DNA of 64,000 bases from an uncultured Nitrososphaerales archaeon (lineage in GTDB: Archaea; Thermoproteota; Nitrososphaeria; Nitrososphaerales; JACAEJ01), in contig CALLJF010000012.1 in the NCBI GenBank assembly GCA_938091495.1, positions 32,154 to 96,153 on the forward strand, written 5' to 3'. Positions 44,610 to 54,962 of this stretch are shown here, one piece after another (within the stretch, counting starts at the first letter, position 1; the number at the start of each line of letters is the position of its first letter). Below the pieces are notes generated by a model, which saw only the letters and a program-made list of their open reading frames with translations, searched no databases and was not told the DNA's origin. Both the position numbers and the translations under genes were made by a program.

Positions 44610-45800
44610 ATGGCAACTATGGAGAAGCAACTTTACATAATCACCGTTCAAGGTTTGGACAGACCAGGTCTAGTAGCAGGAATTTCAGAGATTTTAGCAG
44701 AGGCAAACGTTAATCTTTTAGATGTAGATCAAACGGTGATAAGAAAACTCTTTGCCATGTTCATGATAGCAGATTTCACAGCAGCTAGTAAAAAATTTGA
44801 AAGAGTAAAAGAAGATTTGTTCAAAAAAGCTAGAGAGCTTAGGATAAAGGTTTCAATCGAGCCTTATGTATTTAACGAAAGTCTAAAGAGAAAAGAGGAA
44901 AGAAATCTTATCTTACTAACGATAATTGGCAAGGATAGACCCGGCATAGTGGCCAGATTTTCTAAGATTTGCGCTGATAACGGTGTGAACATAGAAAGAA
45001 CAAGGATGATAGCGAGAGGGGAAACTATAGCCCTTGAGATGCTAATAAACGTGGAAGGTTTGAAGACAGATTTTGATAAGTTCAAGGAACTTCTTCATCA
45101 AGTAGGCTTGGACTTATCCTTAAGTGTAATAATTCAGAAGCAAAACATTTACCATAGGGCTAAGAAGCTGATAGTCTTTGATCTAGACACAACCTTCATC
45201 CAACAAGAAATAATTGATGAAATTGCAAAGATAGCTCATGTTGATCGACAGGTTAAAGAAATAACGAAAAGAGCCATGAAGGGTGAAATGGATTTTAAGC
45301 AAGCGCTGAGGGAAAGAGTCAAATTGCTCAAGGGTTTGCCCATTTCATCCTTAGGTTCGATCTTAAAGGAAATTAGGTTGACTAAGGGTGTTGAAGAACT
45401 TCTTTCTGTTTTAAAGGAGCTAGGATGCAAGATAGCAATAATCACAGGCAGCTTTTCCTATTTTGCTGATAAAATCAAAGAAAAATTTGATTTGGATTAT
45501 GCATTTGCGAATGAGTTAATAATCAAGGACGGTAAACTCACAGGAGAAATTAAGGAGCCAATATTGGATGCAGAGATGAAAAGAAGATTGATTCAAGATC
45601 TGATAAAGAAAGAGGGGATAAAGAAAGAGGAGGTTATAGCTGTAGGAGATGGTGCAAACGATAGATTTATGCTCATGGAGGCTGGTCTTGGAATAGCTTT
45701 TGATGCTCAAAAGATCTTAAGAAAAGTTGCAGACGGCGTGATAACGAAAGATAATTTAAGAGGTTTGATTTACTGCTTAAATGAATTTAGGGATTATTGA
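44610..45800 (+). CDS. serB: Phosphoserine phosphatase SerB with two N-terminal ACT domains
   Basis: 396 aa. Two ACT-like repeats (GLDRPGLVAGISE and GKDRPGIVARFSK). HAD motifs FDLDTTF and GDGANDRFM. Confidence 0.85.
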   Translation: MATMEKQLYIITVQGLDRPGLVAGISEILAEANVNLLDVDQTVIRKLFAMFMIADFTAASKKFERVKEDLFKKARELRIKVSIEPYVFNESLKRKEERNLILLTIIGKDRPGIVARFSKICADNGVNIERTRMIARGETIALEMLINVEGLKTDFDKFKELLHQVGLDLSLSVIIQKQNIYHRAKKLIVFDLDTTFIQQEIIDEIAKIAHVDRQVKEITKRAMKGEMDFKQALRERVKLLKGLPISSLGSILKEIRLTKGVEELLSVLKELGCKIAIITGSFSYFADKIKEKFDLDYAFANELIIKDGKLTGEIKEPILDAEMKRRLIQDLIKKEGIKKEEVIAVGDGANDRFMLMEAGLGIAFDAQKILRKVADGVITKDNLRGLIYCLNEFRDY

Positions 45801-45808
45801 TCTTTAAA

Positions 45809-46225
45809 TCAGACACACTTGAACTCTAAGCCGTACTTGTTTTTAAGAAATTCTTCAAATTTCTTAAACACTGGGCTTGAAGAAACTCCTATCTTCGTCC
45901 TTTTTTCCAGATCATAACAGATACAACGCTCAGTTATTCTAGGGTCTGCCTTAAGAACTTCATATGCCTCTTTTTCTAGACCTCCGGCGCAGATAAATGC
46001 CATAAAAGATGCCTCTTTAACCTTCCAAAAGTCGCCTTCATGTAATGTAACTTTTTGTAAACATGCCATGGACTTGAGAGTTGTAATGGCTATTGACTTA
46101 GACCAAACAAATACATGATAAGAGCCATCGATCTTGAACCATTGACCGCTCTTTTCGGCTTCCCACTCATCTCGGCAGTGCTCTCTAAAAGCCTTAAGGA
46201 CTTCCCTGACTTTTAGAGTTTCCAA
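45809..46225 (-). CDS. Hypothetical protein
   Basis: 138 aa, a clean ORF with 6 Cys. No motif recognised. Confidence 0.45.
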   Translation of the reverse strand: METLKVREVLKAFREHCRDEWEAEKSGQWFKIDGSYHVFVWSKSIAITTLKSMACLQKVTLHEGDFWKVKEASFMAFICAGGLEKEAYEVLKADPRITERCICYDLEKRTKIGVSSSPVFKKFEEFLKNKYGLEFKCV

Positions 46226-46286
46226 ATTTACTCACGATAAAGAATGCAAAAAGGATCGATTTAAGATTTATCGAGATGCCTAAATT

Positions 46287-47534
46287 TCACTTGTTCAGTA
46301 TGTTCTCATAAACTCGAAGGGTTTGTGTAGCTGCCTTTTCCCATGTAAAGTAATTCAATATCCTTCTTCGCCCATTTTCTCCCCATTTTCTGGCTCTTTT
46401 TTGATCTCTTAGAACTTCTCTTATGCCCCATGCTATGTCAGCCGGGTCATGACCATTGATATGAATACCATTTTGCTCAGGACCCGATGAGACAATCTGT
46501 TCTACAAATCCAACTACTCCTCTTGCTCCTACAACTACTGGCTTCTCCATGGCCATGGCCTCTAGGCTGACTATTCCGAAAGGCTCATACAAGGATGGGA
46601 AGACGCAAACATCCGATGCTGCATAGTGTAAAATGCGCTCTTCCTCAGGCACGAATTCGAACCTATAGAGAACCTTTTCCCTTATTCCTAGCCTATCGGC
46701 CAAAGCCATTAAATCACGCTGCTCCTCACCTCTGCCTAGTATCACAAGTTTAGATTTTGGAAATTCGTTCAGAACGAGGGGGAGAGCCTGTATCAGATTT
46801 CTAACCCCCTTAACCCATGTCAGCCTTCCAACAAAGAGGATGAAGTTTTCATCAGCTCCAATTCCATATCTATCACGCAGTTTTTGGACTTCTTCCTTGC
46901 TTATCCTATTTGGATCGTATCTCTCTGGATCAACGCCATTCCAGACCACATCGATTTTATTCTCTGGCCAACCATGACGGGCCAAGTCTTGTCTCATTAC
47001 GTTGCTAACAGTTACTATGCCATCGGCGCTTTCTGCCGTTACTTTTTCAAGATGACTTATAACTTCTGACCCTGTGTCTCCACTCCTTCCCCACTCTGTA
47101 GAATGAACATGAAACGCCAAAGGCATCTTTTCCAATTCTTCCTTGATTATAAGTCCAGCCATACTGCTTAACCAATCATGAACACTTATCAAATCAAATT
47201 TATAATGATCCCTACGAATTAGTTCATTAACGAACTTTGTAGCAGACAAGATATTGTAGATGAAGACGTCGTTAAAGAATTTCAAATTGGTTCCCCATCT
47301 TCTAAGATCTTCCGTTACTAAAAGGGGGAAGATCTTCGTGGCGTTTGCAATCATGGGTCTATGAACCTCTACCCCCTCTATTATCTCTCTCACTGGCAAG
47401 CCTCCAGGGTTGAGGGTGAAGACTGAAATATCGTGGTCTAGGTCCACTAACTTCCTTGTCATATTCTCTGCATAAGTACCTAATCCTCCTACAAGAACAG
47501 GAGGATACTCCCAGACGAAGAAGGCGATTCTCAA
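46287..47534 (-). CDS. GT-B glycosyltransferase (GT4/GT5, glycogen-synthase-like)
   Basis: 415 aa. The N-terminal MRIAFFVWEYPPVLVGGLGTY resembles archaeal glycogen synthases. The C-terminal EPFGIVSLEAMAMEKPVV is an E-x7-E motif. Confidence 0.7.
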   Translation of the reverse strand: MRIAFFVWEYPPVLVGGLGTYAENMTRKLVDLDHDISVFTLNPGGLPVREIIEGVEVHRPMIANATKIFPLLVTEDLRRWGTNLKFFNDVFIYNILSATKFVNELIRRDHYKFDLISVHDWLSSMAGLIIKEELEKMPLAFHVHSTEWGRSGDTGSEVISHLEKVTAESADGIVTVSNVMRQDLARHGWPENKIDVVWNGVDPERYDPNRISKEEVQKLRDRYGIGADENFILFVGRLTWVKGVRNLIQALPLVLNEFPKSKLVILGRGEEQRDLMALADRLGIREKVLYRFEFVPEEERILHYAASDVCVFPSLYEPFGIVSLEAMAMEKPVVVGARGVVGFVEQIVSSGPEQNGIHINGHDPADIAWGIREVLRDQKRARKWGENGRRRILNYFTWEKAATQTLRVYENILNK

Positions 47535-47703
47535 AAGTCTTCACCTAAAGAAAACAGCAATTGGTTATTAAAACTATTCATATTCGATTAAAAATCTTTC
47601 GTTATCAGATAGATTTTTCAATAGGCAAATCAACTATTTGGCATATTATAAGAAAGATTAAATCTTTGTTTTTAGTATTTATTAAAAATAGAGTGACTCA
47701 TCT

Positions 47704-48441
47704 TTGAGCTCTTTAAGTGTCGAGAATTTAAGCGTCGAAGTTAATGGAAAAAGGATTCTGGACGAAGTAAACTTAGCGATACCGAAGGGAGAAGTTCATG
47801 TTTTATTTGGTCCAAATGCCTCTGGAAAAACATCTCTACTGATGACTATACTGGGTTTCCCTAACTACAAAGTAGTCTCAGGCGAAATCTGGTTCAATGG
47901 CGTGAGTATAACGAATATGTCTACAGATGAGCGTGTAAGACTTGGGATAGGTGTTGCTTTTCAAAACCCTCCTGCCATAAGAGGGGTTAAACTGGCTGAC
48001 ATCCTTCATAACTTTCTCAAATCTGAACCTGAAGCTAAGAAAAAAGAGATCGAGCTATGTGAGACCTTAAACTTCACAAAGGATTTCCTTTCAAGAGATT
48101 TGAACCTTTGCTTCTCTGGTGGGGAGGTTAAGAGATCTGAACTTTTACAAATCCTTGCCCAGAAGCCTAGCTTCGTTATGTTAGATGAGCCAGACTCAGG
48201 AGTCGATATCGAGAACCTTGGGGTCATAGGCAAAGTGATAAACGACTTCCTCAAGGAGAGGTCAGGGCTGTTAATAACTCATCTGGGTTACATCTTACGC
48301 TATGTTAAAGCTGATAAAGCCCATGTCTTGATCGAGGGAAAGGTAGCTTGTTCAGGAAAGCCCATCAAGATTCTTGACCAGATATTAAAGGAAGGCTACG
48401 GATGGTGTGAGAAGTGCTTAAAGATAGAGAAGAAGTGTTAA
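47704..48441 (+). CDS. sufC: Fe-S cluster assembly ATPase SufC
   Basis: 245 aa. Walker A GPNASGKTS, ABC signature FSGGEVKR, and Walker B MLDEPDSGVD. Confidence 0.85.
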   Translation: MSSLSVENLSVEVNGKRILDEVNLAIPKGEVHVLFGPNASGKTSLLMTILGFPNYKVVSGEIWFNGVSITNMSTDERVRLGIGVAFQNPPAIRGVKLADILHNFLKSEPEAKKKEIELCETLNFTKDFLSRDLNLCFSGGEVKRSELLQILAQKPSFVMLDEPDSGVDIENLGVIGKVINDFLKERSGLLITHLGYILRYVKADKAHVLIEGKVACSGKPIKILDQILKEGYGWCEKCLKIEKKC

Positions 48442-49637
48442 AGGCTGTAAGCAAGCCAGCCAGTTTAGGTCCTGATCTAGAAATAAAAGATTACATCAGA
48501 GAAGCTAAAGCCTTTTACTCCTGCCCAGTCTCGTCTCTCCCAAAAGAAATAACAGATCAATCCTTGAAAGTAGGGATAAGAACTGATGAGAAGGATAGGA
48601 TCGGAACTTACTTTCAGATAGACCATTCGGTCGTTTTTCAAGGCTTTCAAAAGGCTTTTGAAGGGAAGATAGAGTTAATGAGTACAACAGAAGCCATCAA
48701 AAAATATGATTGGCTCAAAGATTACTGGTGGAATCTTATACCAGCAAATATGGACAAATACACTGCACTATCAGAGCTAAACTGGGATCATGGTTATTTC
48801 ATCAGAGTCTTAGAAAATCAGAAAATAATGTTTCCTCTTCAGGCTTGCCTCTTCATATCAACTAATGGATTGAATCAGAATGTTCATAATGTTGTGATAA
48901 TGGAGCCTAACTCAGAGGCTCAAATAATAACAGGTTGCACTGTTCATCCCAATGTTCAAAGAGGACTTCATGTAGGAATTACGGAATTTTATTTAAAAAA
49001 AGGCGCTAAGCTTACTTTCACTATGATCCATAACTGGGCTCAGAACTTTGATGCTCGTCCAAGAACAGCAGTGCTTGTAGAGGATGATGCCACATTCGTT
49101 AACAATTACATATGCTTGAAACCAGTGAAGAGCCTTCAAACATATCCAGTTGCATACTGTAAAGGAAGCAACTCAAAAGCAAGATTCAACTCCATAATAT
49201 TTGGAGTAGGAAATTCCAACATAGATTTAGGAGCGAAGATAGTTCTTCAAGGACCTAGAAGCAAAGGAGAAGTTATCACTCATGCCATAGCCTCAGATAG
49301 TTCACAGATATACTCTAGAGGGTTATTGATAGGAGAGCATAGTGATAGCAAAGCCCATCTTGAATGTAGAGGTCTCTTGGTTTCTGATAGAGCTTTTATA
49401 CATGCCATACCAGAGCTTATTGGCAAAGTTAGCGGAACTGAACTTTCTCATGAAGCTGCCGTTGGTAAGATAGCAGAGGAGCAGATAAGATACTTGATGG
49501 CTAGAGGATTTTCTGAGGCTGAAGCAAGATCTTTGATAGTAAGAGGTTTTATGGATGTTACCATATTCGGCCTTCCAGATGCTTTAAGAGATGAAGTGAA
49601 AAGAATCGTTGATGGGACTGCGAAAGGGGTTTTGTAA
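48414..49637 (+). CDS. sufB: Fe-S cluster assembly scaffold SufB/SufD family
   Basis: 407 aa. A beta-helix core with a C-terminal SHEAAVGKIAEEQIRYLMARGFSEAEARSLIV, typical of SufB/D. Confidence 0.8.
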   Translation: MLKDREEVLKAVSKPASLGPDLEIKDYIREAKAFYSCPVSSLPKEITDQSLKVGIRTDEKDRIGTYFQIDHSVVFQGFQKAFEGKIELMSTTEAIKKYDWLKDYWWNLIPANMDKYTALSELNWDHGYFIRVLENQKIMFPLQACLFISTNGLNQNVHNVVIMEPNSEAQIITGCTVHPNVQRGLHVGITEFYLKKGAKLTFTMIHNWAQNFDARPRTAVLVEDDATFVNNYICLKPVKSLQTYPVAYCKGSNSKARFNSIIFGVGNSNIDLGAKIVLQGPRSKGEVITHAIASDSSQIYSRGLLIGEHSDSKAHLECRGLLVSDRAFIHAIPELIGKVSGTELSHEAAVGKIAEEQIRYLMARGFSEAEARSLIVRGFMDVTIFGLPDALRDEVKRIVDGTAKGVL

Positions 49638-49722
49638 TCACCCTTATATCATTAACTAAAAAGCAAAGCTTTTACACTTACTAAGACGCTAAATATAAAT
49701 CAGCAAAGTAAACTAATCTATA

Positions 49723-50748
49723 TTGATACAATTGAGTACAGAGCTTATTCGCCTTGAACACGGAGGCGGCGGAAAACTCATGAGGTCGCTTATCGAGAAT
49801 GTAGTCATACCAAGTTTTTCTCTCAAAAAAGTTGAAGGAGGAACAGGATTGCCAGAGGAAGACGATGGTGCAGTAATACCTATTGGAGAAGGCTATCTTG
49901 TTTTGACTACAGACTCTCATACTGTAAAGCCCTTGTTCTTCCCTGGAGGAGATATAGGAAGATTGGCAATATCTGGTACAATAAACGATCTGGCAGCAAT
50001 GGGCGCAAGACCTATTGCTATAACCTCTGCAATTGTCATAGAGGAAGGCTTCCCTATTTCTCAACTTAAGAGAATTCTTGATTCTATGAATAGGACTTTG
50101 ATGGAAGTAGGTATACCGTTAGTAGCCGGCGATACAAAGGTTGTTGAAAAAGGTGGGATCGACAAGATCGTAATTACAACAGCAGGCATAGGATATACTC
50201 ACACTCCCATTTTCGATAGCGGACTAAAACCTGGAGACATGATAGTAGTAACAGGTCCTATTGGAAGGCACGAAGTCGCTTTACTGTCTAAAAGGGAAGG
50301 ATTAAAGTTTGAGATTCGACTAGAATCTGATGTAGCGCCTCTTTGGAATATGGTAGAAATGGCTTTGAAATCAGGTAAGATCACTTCTATGAAGGATCCT
50401 ACTAGAGGAGGGGTTGCTGGAACTCTTAACGAGATGGCTCGCAAGTCTAATGTGAATATAAACATATGGGAAGATATGGTTCCAGTGGATGATGAGATAA
50501 GAGGTGTAGCTGAAATGTTGGGCATAGACGTCTTTGAAACTACGAATGAAGGGATAATGATAATGGGCGTTGCAAAAGATGACGCTGAAAAAGTGCTAAA
50601 AGCTGTAAAATCTACAAAGCATGGGCAAAAGGCAAGCATCATAGGAGAGGTGGAGAAAGGTGAAGGAATGGTGATCCTTGAGACCAGCACAGGCGGAAAA
50701 AGAATCATAGAAGAACCTATTGGAAGTCCGTTGCCAAGAATATGTTAA
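49723..50748 (+). CDS. hypE: Hydrogenase maturation protein HypE
   Basis: 341 aa. PurM-like fold with the diagnostic C-terminal PRIC. Confidence 0.9.
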   Translation: MIQLSTELIRLEHGGGGKLMRSLIENVVIPSFSLKKVEGGTGLPEEDDGAVIPIGEGYLVLTTDSHTVKPLFFPGGDIGRLAISGTINDLAAMGARPIAITSAIVIEEGFPISQLKRILDSMNRTLMEVGIPLVAGDTKVVEKGGIDKIVITTAGIGYTHTPIFDSGLKPGDMIVVTGPIGRHEVALLSKREGLKFEIRLESDVAPLWNMVEMALKSGKITSMKDPTRGGVAGTLNEMARKSNVNINIWEDMVPVDDEIRGVAEMLGIDVFETTNEGIMIMGVAKDDAEKVLKAVKSTKHGQKASIIGEVEKGEGMVILETSTGGKRIIEEPIGSPLPRIC

Positions 50749-50793
50749 AGCCTTATGATTAGGTTTATTTGGCACTGAATGCAAATTTATTTT

Positions 50794-51012
50794 ATGTGCC
50801 TAGGCGTGCCTGGCAAGCTTGTGAAGATCGTAGGAGCAAAGGGTATAGTAAGTTTCGGAGGAGCAAAAAGAGAAGTAGATTTATCCCTTATTGAAAAACC
50901 TATCATTGGAGAGTATGTTATAGTCCATGCCGGCTTTGCCATAGAAAGGATAGATGAAGGTGAAGCTAGGAAGACCATAAAGCTTTTGAAAGAGACTTTT
51001 GATTCCTTTTAA
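50794..51012 (+). CDS. hypC: Hydrogenase maturation chaperone HypC
   Basis: Starts MCLGVPGKLV (essential Cys2) when the ATG at 50794 is used. Confidence 0.9.
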   Translation: MCLGVPGKLVKIVGAKGIVSFGGAKREVDLSLIEKPIIGEYVIVHAGFAIERIDEGEARKTIKLLKETFDSF

Positions 51013-53350
51013 AATCTTTTGCCAAGAGCTTTGATGCCCCTAATACTGCTTGACCTAAAGCTAATCCACCATCTCCACAAGGTAAGATTCTATGCCTCAA
51101 GAAGGCTAAACCTTCCTTCTCAACTTTGCTTCTGATGATTTTAGTCATGGCTTCATTGTAGGCAACCCCCCCTGAAAATCCGATGAATTTTATGCCTTTT
51201 TCTTTAGCCACTCTTGTGGCTATATCTGCCAAGCCTTCAGCCAGTCCTCTTTGGAAAGAAGCAGCCAAGTGCCTTCTTGACTCACCCTTTTGCAAGAGAG
51301 ATTTTACTTCAGCGAAGGCATCAGATGTCATCAGTATTTCTTTATCATCTAAGTTTTGGAACTTAAATGATAAAGGTATCGAATCATCTCCTTCAATTGC
51401 TAGAGATTCTAGCTTCATAGCCCCCTCTCCCTCATAAGTCCTCTTAAAGCAAATGCCTAGAAGGCAAGATAAGGCATCAAGAACTCTTCCAGTGCTCGTT
51501 GTTAGAGGTGTGTTTATCCTTTTTTCGATCTGTTGAAAGACTACATCTACCTCCTTTGCTCCATATTTAAAACCATTAAAATAGTTTGCCTTAAGAAAAT
51601 CAGTCAATTCTCTTTTTTCAATGACTTTATAGAGAATGCTTTGAAGCATGCGACCATACCAAATCGCGCTTAGATCTCCACCAGGCATAAACTGTGGCTC
51701 TAAACTAGCAACTCTCTCAAATCGGCTATACCCTCCCAATAGTATTTCCCCTCCCCAAAGCGATCCATCAGTACCATAGCCTATGCCATCACATGTTATC
51801 GCTAAAATTTCATCCCTAGGATCAATTCTATTTTCAGTCATAAGGGATGCAAGATGAGAATGGTGATGCTGAACCTCAAAGATTGGTGCACTAAATCTTT
51901 TTGAAAATCTTTCAGCTACTTTACGAGTATGAAAAAGGGGATGAAGATCAACTACAATCGAATCTAAGCTTTCTACCTTCAATATCTTTATAAGATGTTC
52001 TATAGCCTCTTCCAAGAATCTAATGCTTTCTAAACTCTCAACTTCTCCCACATGCTGGCTTAAAAACGCTTTATCCTTTTTGATCAAGCAAGAGGCAACC
52101 ATGAACTCTCCTCCTACAGCCAATATATTGCTATTGAAAGGCAACGGTATCAAAAGAGGGGTTGGAGTGTATCCTCTCGACCTTCTTATGGGCAATGGCT
52201 CATTATCAATAATTCTTATGACAGAATCATCGCACCTCATGTATATTCTTCTATTGTGAATGAGAAAGTAGTCAGCTATATTCTTCATTCTTCTAAAGGC
52301 TTCTTGATTTTCTATAATCATAGGCTCATCAGGGTTATTGGCTGAAGTCATCACGAATGTCTTAGTATTGGCATAATGGAAGAGTGTATGATGAATTCCA
52401 GAGTAAGGGAGCATAACACCAATGTTATGAAGTTGAGGCGAAACATTTTTAGCCAACGCAGATGGTTCCTTTTTTCTTAACAGAACTATGGGTGCCATTA
52501 GAGAATTGAGTAACTGCTCTTCTATGCTTGATATGTAAGCAAAACTCTTCACTTCTTTCAAGTTTGAAGACATTACAGCGAAGGGTTTTTGGGGTTTTCT
52601 CCTTCTTACCCTTAACTCGTTTATTGCCTCTTCATTGTATGCATCTACAGAGAGATGGAAGCCTCCAACTCCCTTAATGGCTACTATATAACCCTCGTCA
52701 ATTAGTTTTGCAGCTTCTTCTATTGGATTTCCATTAACTAAGCTTTCATCATTTCTTCTCAATTCATATTTTGGACCGCAATTTGGGCAGCACGTTGTTT
52801 GAGCGTTAAAACGTCTATCGGGTGGATGGTTATACTCCTTTTCACAATCTGGGCAAAGAGGGAAATTTTTCATGGTAGTTCTTTCTCTATCGTATGGTAA
52901 CTCTTCGATTATTGTGAATCTTGGACCACAGTTGGTGCAACTGGTGAAAGGATAAAGGTAGAAGCGAGCATGAGGGTCAAAGATTTCTTTTGTACAATCA
53001 TTGCATGTTGCTAGGTCTGGCGTTGGGTAAGATAGACCTCCGCTGCTCTCTATCGAGCTTCTCTCAATCTTAAAATCTTTAAAATCGCCTTTGAAAGGCT
53101 TAAAGTCTATGTGCAAGTCTGTGTAATATGCCAAAGGAGGCTTTTCTTCAACAAGACTCTTAAGAAAATCTTTGATAATTTTTTCATTTCCTTCTACTTC
53201 AATCCTAACGCCTGCATCTCCAAGGTTTAGTACATAACCTGTTAAGTTGTATCTAGTGGCCAATCTATAAACGAAGGGTCTATACCCTAACCCTTGAACA
53301 AGACCCGATACACTAACGATTGCTCTTACTTTTTTGGGCATCTTCTTCAT
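50966..53350 (-). CDS. hypF: Carbamoyltransferase HypF
   Basis: 794 aa. Acylphosphatase domain (VQGLGYRPFV), two zinc fingers (CNDC...CTNCGPRFTI, CPDC...CPNCGP), then YrdC-like and Kae1-like domains. The 3' end overlaps hypC convergently by 47 nt. Confidence 0.9.
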   Translation of the reverse strand: MKKMPKKVRAIVSVSGLVQGLGYRPFVYRLATRYNLTGYVLNLGDAGVRIEVEGNEKIIKDFLKSLVEEKPPLAYYTDLHIDFKPFKGDFKDFKIERSSIESSGGLSYPTPDLATCNDCTKEIFDPHARFYLYPFTSCTNCGPRFTIIEELPYDRERTTMKNFPLCPDCEKEYNHPPDRRFNAQTTCCPNCGPKYELRRNDESLVNGNPIEEAAKLIDEGYIVAIKGVGGFHLSVDAYNEEAINELRVRRRKPQKPFAVMSSNLKEVKSFAYISSIEEQLLNSLMAPIVLLRKKEPSALAKNVSPQLHNIGVMLPYSGIHHTLFHYANTKTFVMTSANNPDEPMIIENQEAFRRMKNIADYFLIHNRRIYMRCDDSVIRIIDNEPLPIRRSRGYTPTPLLIPLPFNSNILAVGGEFMVASCLIKKDKAFLSQHVGEVESLESIRFLEEAIEHLIKILKVESLDSIVVDLHPLFHTRKVAERFSKRFSAPIFEVQHHHSHLASLMTENRIDPRDEILAITCDGIGYGTDGSLWGGEILLGGYSRFERVASLEPQFMPGGDLSAIWYGRMLQSILYKVIEKRELTDFLKANYFNGFKYGAKEVDVVFQQIEKRINTPLTTSTGRVLDALSCLLGICFKRTYEGEGAMKLESLAIEGDDSIPLSFKFQNLDDKEILMTSDAFAEVKSLLQKGESRRHLAASFQRGLAEGLADIATRVAKEKGIKFIGFSGGVAYNEAMTKIIRSKVEKEGLAFLRHRILPCGDGGLALGQAVLGASKLLAKDFKRNQKSLSKALWSS

Positions 53351-53399
53351 ACGTCCAAATCGTTATAAGCCTGATGTAAATAAAATAACATACAACTTT

Positions 53400-54521
53400 G
53401 TGATAAGTTTGTCGTCCAAGGCTTTGACAAAGGATTACAGAAATAAGGATTTAATATCAAATTTAGCCAAAATTATCAGAGAAGAGGCTTCAAACGATAA
53501 CTATAGATTCATGCATGTGTGTGGCACTCATGAAGATACTATTACAAAACATGGTTTGAGGTCTATTCTTCCCAGTAATATAGAAGTAGTGGCTGGTCCA
53601 GGCTGTCCTGTCTGCGTTACACATCCTGAGAAGATAGAGTTGGCATTGAAACTCCTTGAGGAAAGGAAGAACATAATTCTAACCACTTTTGGGGATATGT
53701 ATAGAGTGCCATCGAAGTATGGAAGAAGCTTCAGTCATGCCAAAGCTCAAGGATTTGATGTTAAGGTTGTTTACAGCATATCAGACTCAATAAGAATGGC
53801 AAAAAACAATGATGATAAAGAAGTGGTACATTTCGCAGTAGGTTTTGAGACTACAGCACCATCTACAGCATCTACTCTTTTACAAGACCCTCCTGAGAAC
53901 TTCTCAATAGTATCTGCTCATCTAATAGTTCCGCCAGTATTGGATTATCTTTTGGCATCGGGCGAAGTTGCAGTTCAAGGCCTTGTATTGCCAGGCCATG
54001 TCTCAACCATAATAGGTTCCAAAGCCTACGAATTTCTTGCCAATAAATACAAGGTTCCTCAAGTAGTTGCTGGATTTGAGCCTCTAGATGTAATCATTGC
54101 TCTGAAGATGTTATTAAGGCAAGTTAAAGAAGGCGAAATCAAAGTTGAGAATGAATATGGCAGAGTGGTAAAACCAGATGGAAATTTAAAAGCAAAAAGG
54201 CTGATGAATGAAGTTTTCAAGCAAGAAGACGCTAAATGGAGAGGTTTGGGTGAAGTGCCTAAATCAGGCCTAGGACTTAAGCCAGAATTCAAAAAGTTCG
54301 ATGCTTCTGTTAAATTCGATGTAGAGCCACCCGAAATCGCTAGAGATATAGAGATTGGATGTAGATGTAGTGACGTCATAAAAGGATTGGTAAAGCCTGA
54401 AGAATGTAAGTTTTTTAGAAGAGTCTGCACTCCTTATGATCCCAGAGGACCATGCATGGTCAGCATTGAGGGTACCTGTGCCATTGCATACAAGTATGGA
54501 AGGCTGAAACTTAAAAACTAA
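53400..54521 (+). CDS. hypD: Hydrogenase maturation protein HypD
   Basis: Motifs MHVCGTHE, GPGCPVCV and FETTAP. The start is uncertain (GTG at 53400 or TTG at 53409). The track start at 53334 would overlap the hypF start. Confidence 0.85.
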   Translation: MISLSSKALTKDYRNKDLISNLAKIIREEASNDNYRFMHVCGTHEDTITKHGLRSILPSNIEVVAGPGCPVCVTHPEKIELALKLLEERKNIILTTFGDMYRVPSKYGRSFSHAKAQGFDVKVVYSISDSIRMAKNNDDKEVVHFAVGFETTAPSTASTLLQDPPENFSIVSAHLIVPPVLDYLLASGEVAVQGLVLPGHVSTIIGSKAYEFLANKYKVPQVVAGFEPLDVIIALKMLLRQVKEGEIKVENEYGRVVKPDGNLKAKRLMNEVFKQEDAKWRGLGEVPKSGLGLKPEFKKFDASVKFDVEPPEIARDIEIGCRCSDVIKGLVKPEECKFFRRVCTPYDPRGPCMVSIEGTCAIAYKYGRLKLKN

Positions 54522-54557
54522 TATTTGTAATAATTTTAGTCAAGGGGGTCTCTATTA

Positions 54558-54962
54558 TTGCATGAACTTGCTTTGGTGGAAGGGATAATTTCAAATGTTA
54601 TAGACCTTGCTCATGAGCGGAAAGGACATGTAGTAAGTTTCAAAGTTGCCATTGGAGAATTCGCTCAATTCGATAAAAAGTTGATAAAAGATTTGCTAGT
54701 AGAACTTGTAAAAGGAACAGAATTGGAAAGGGCTAAGATGACGGTAGAAATTGAGAAGGCAGAGATAAAATGCCTTTACTGTAATTCTAAGTGGAAAGTA
54801 AATGAACTATTAGAACCATTATCTAACGATCAAAAGGAGATGATACACTTCTTGCCTGAATTGTTAAACTCTTTTACCAAATGCCCTAACTGTGGAAAGA
54901 GCGATTTTGAGATAGAAAAAGGAAGAAGTGTGAGAGTAGTAGAGGTCGAATTAAATGTCTAA
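54558..54962 (+). CDS. hypA: Nickel-insertion protein HypA
   Basis: 134 aa. N-terminal MHELAL and a zinc site CLYC...CPNCG. TTG start. Confidence 0.85.
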   Translation: MHELALVEGIISNVIDLAHERKGHVVSFKVAIGEFAQFDKKLIKDLLVELVKGTELERAKMTVEIEKAEIKCLYCNSKWKVNELLEPLSNDQKEMIHFLPELLNSFTKCPNCGKSDFEIEKGRSVRVVEVELNV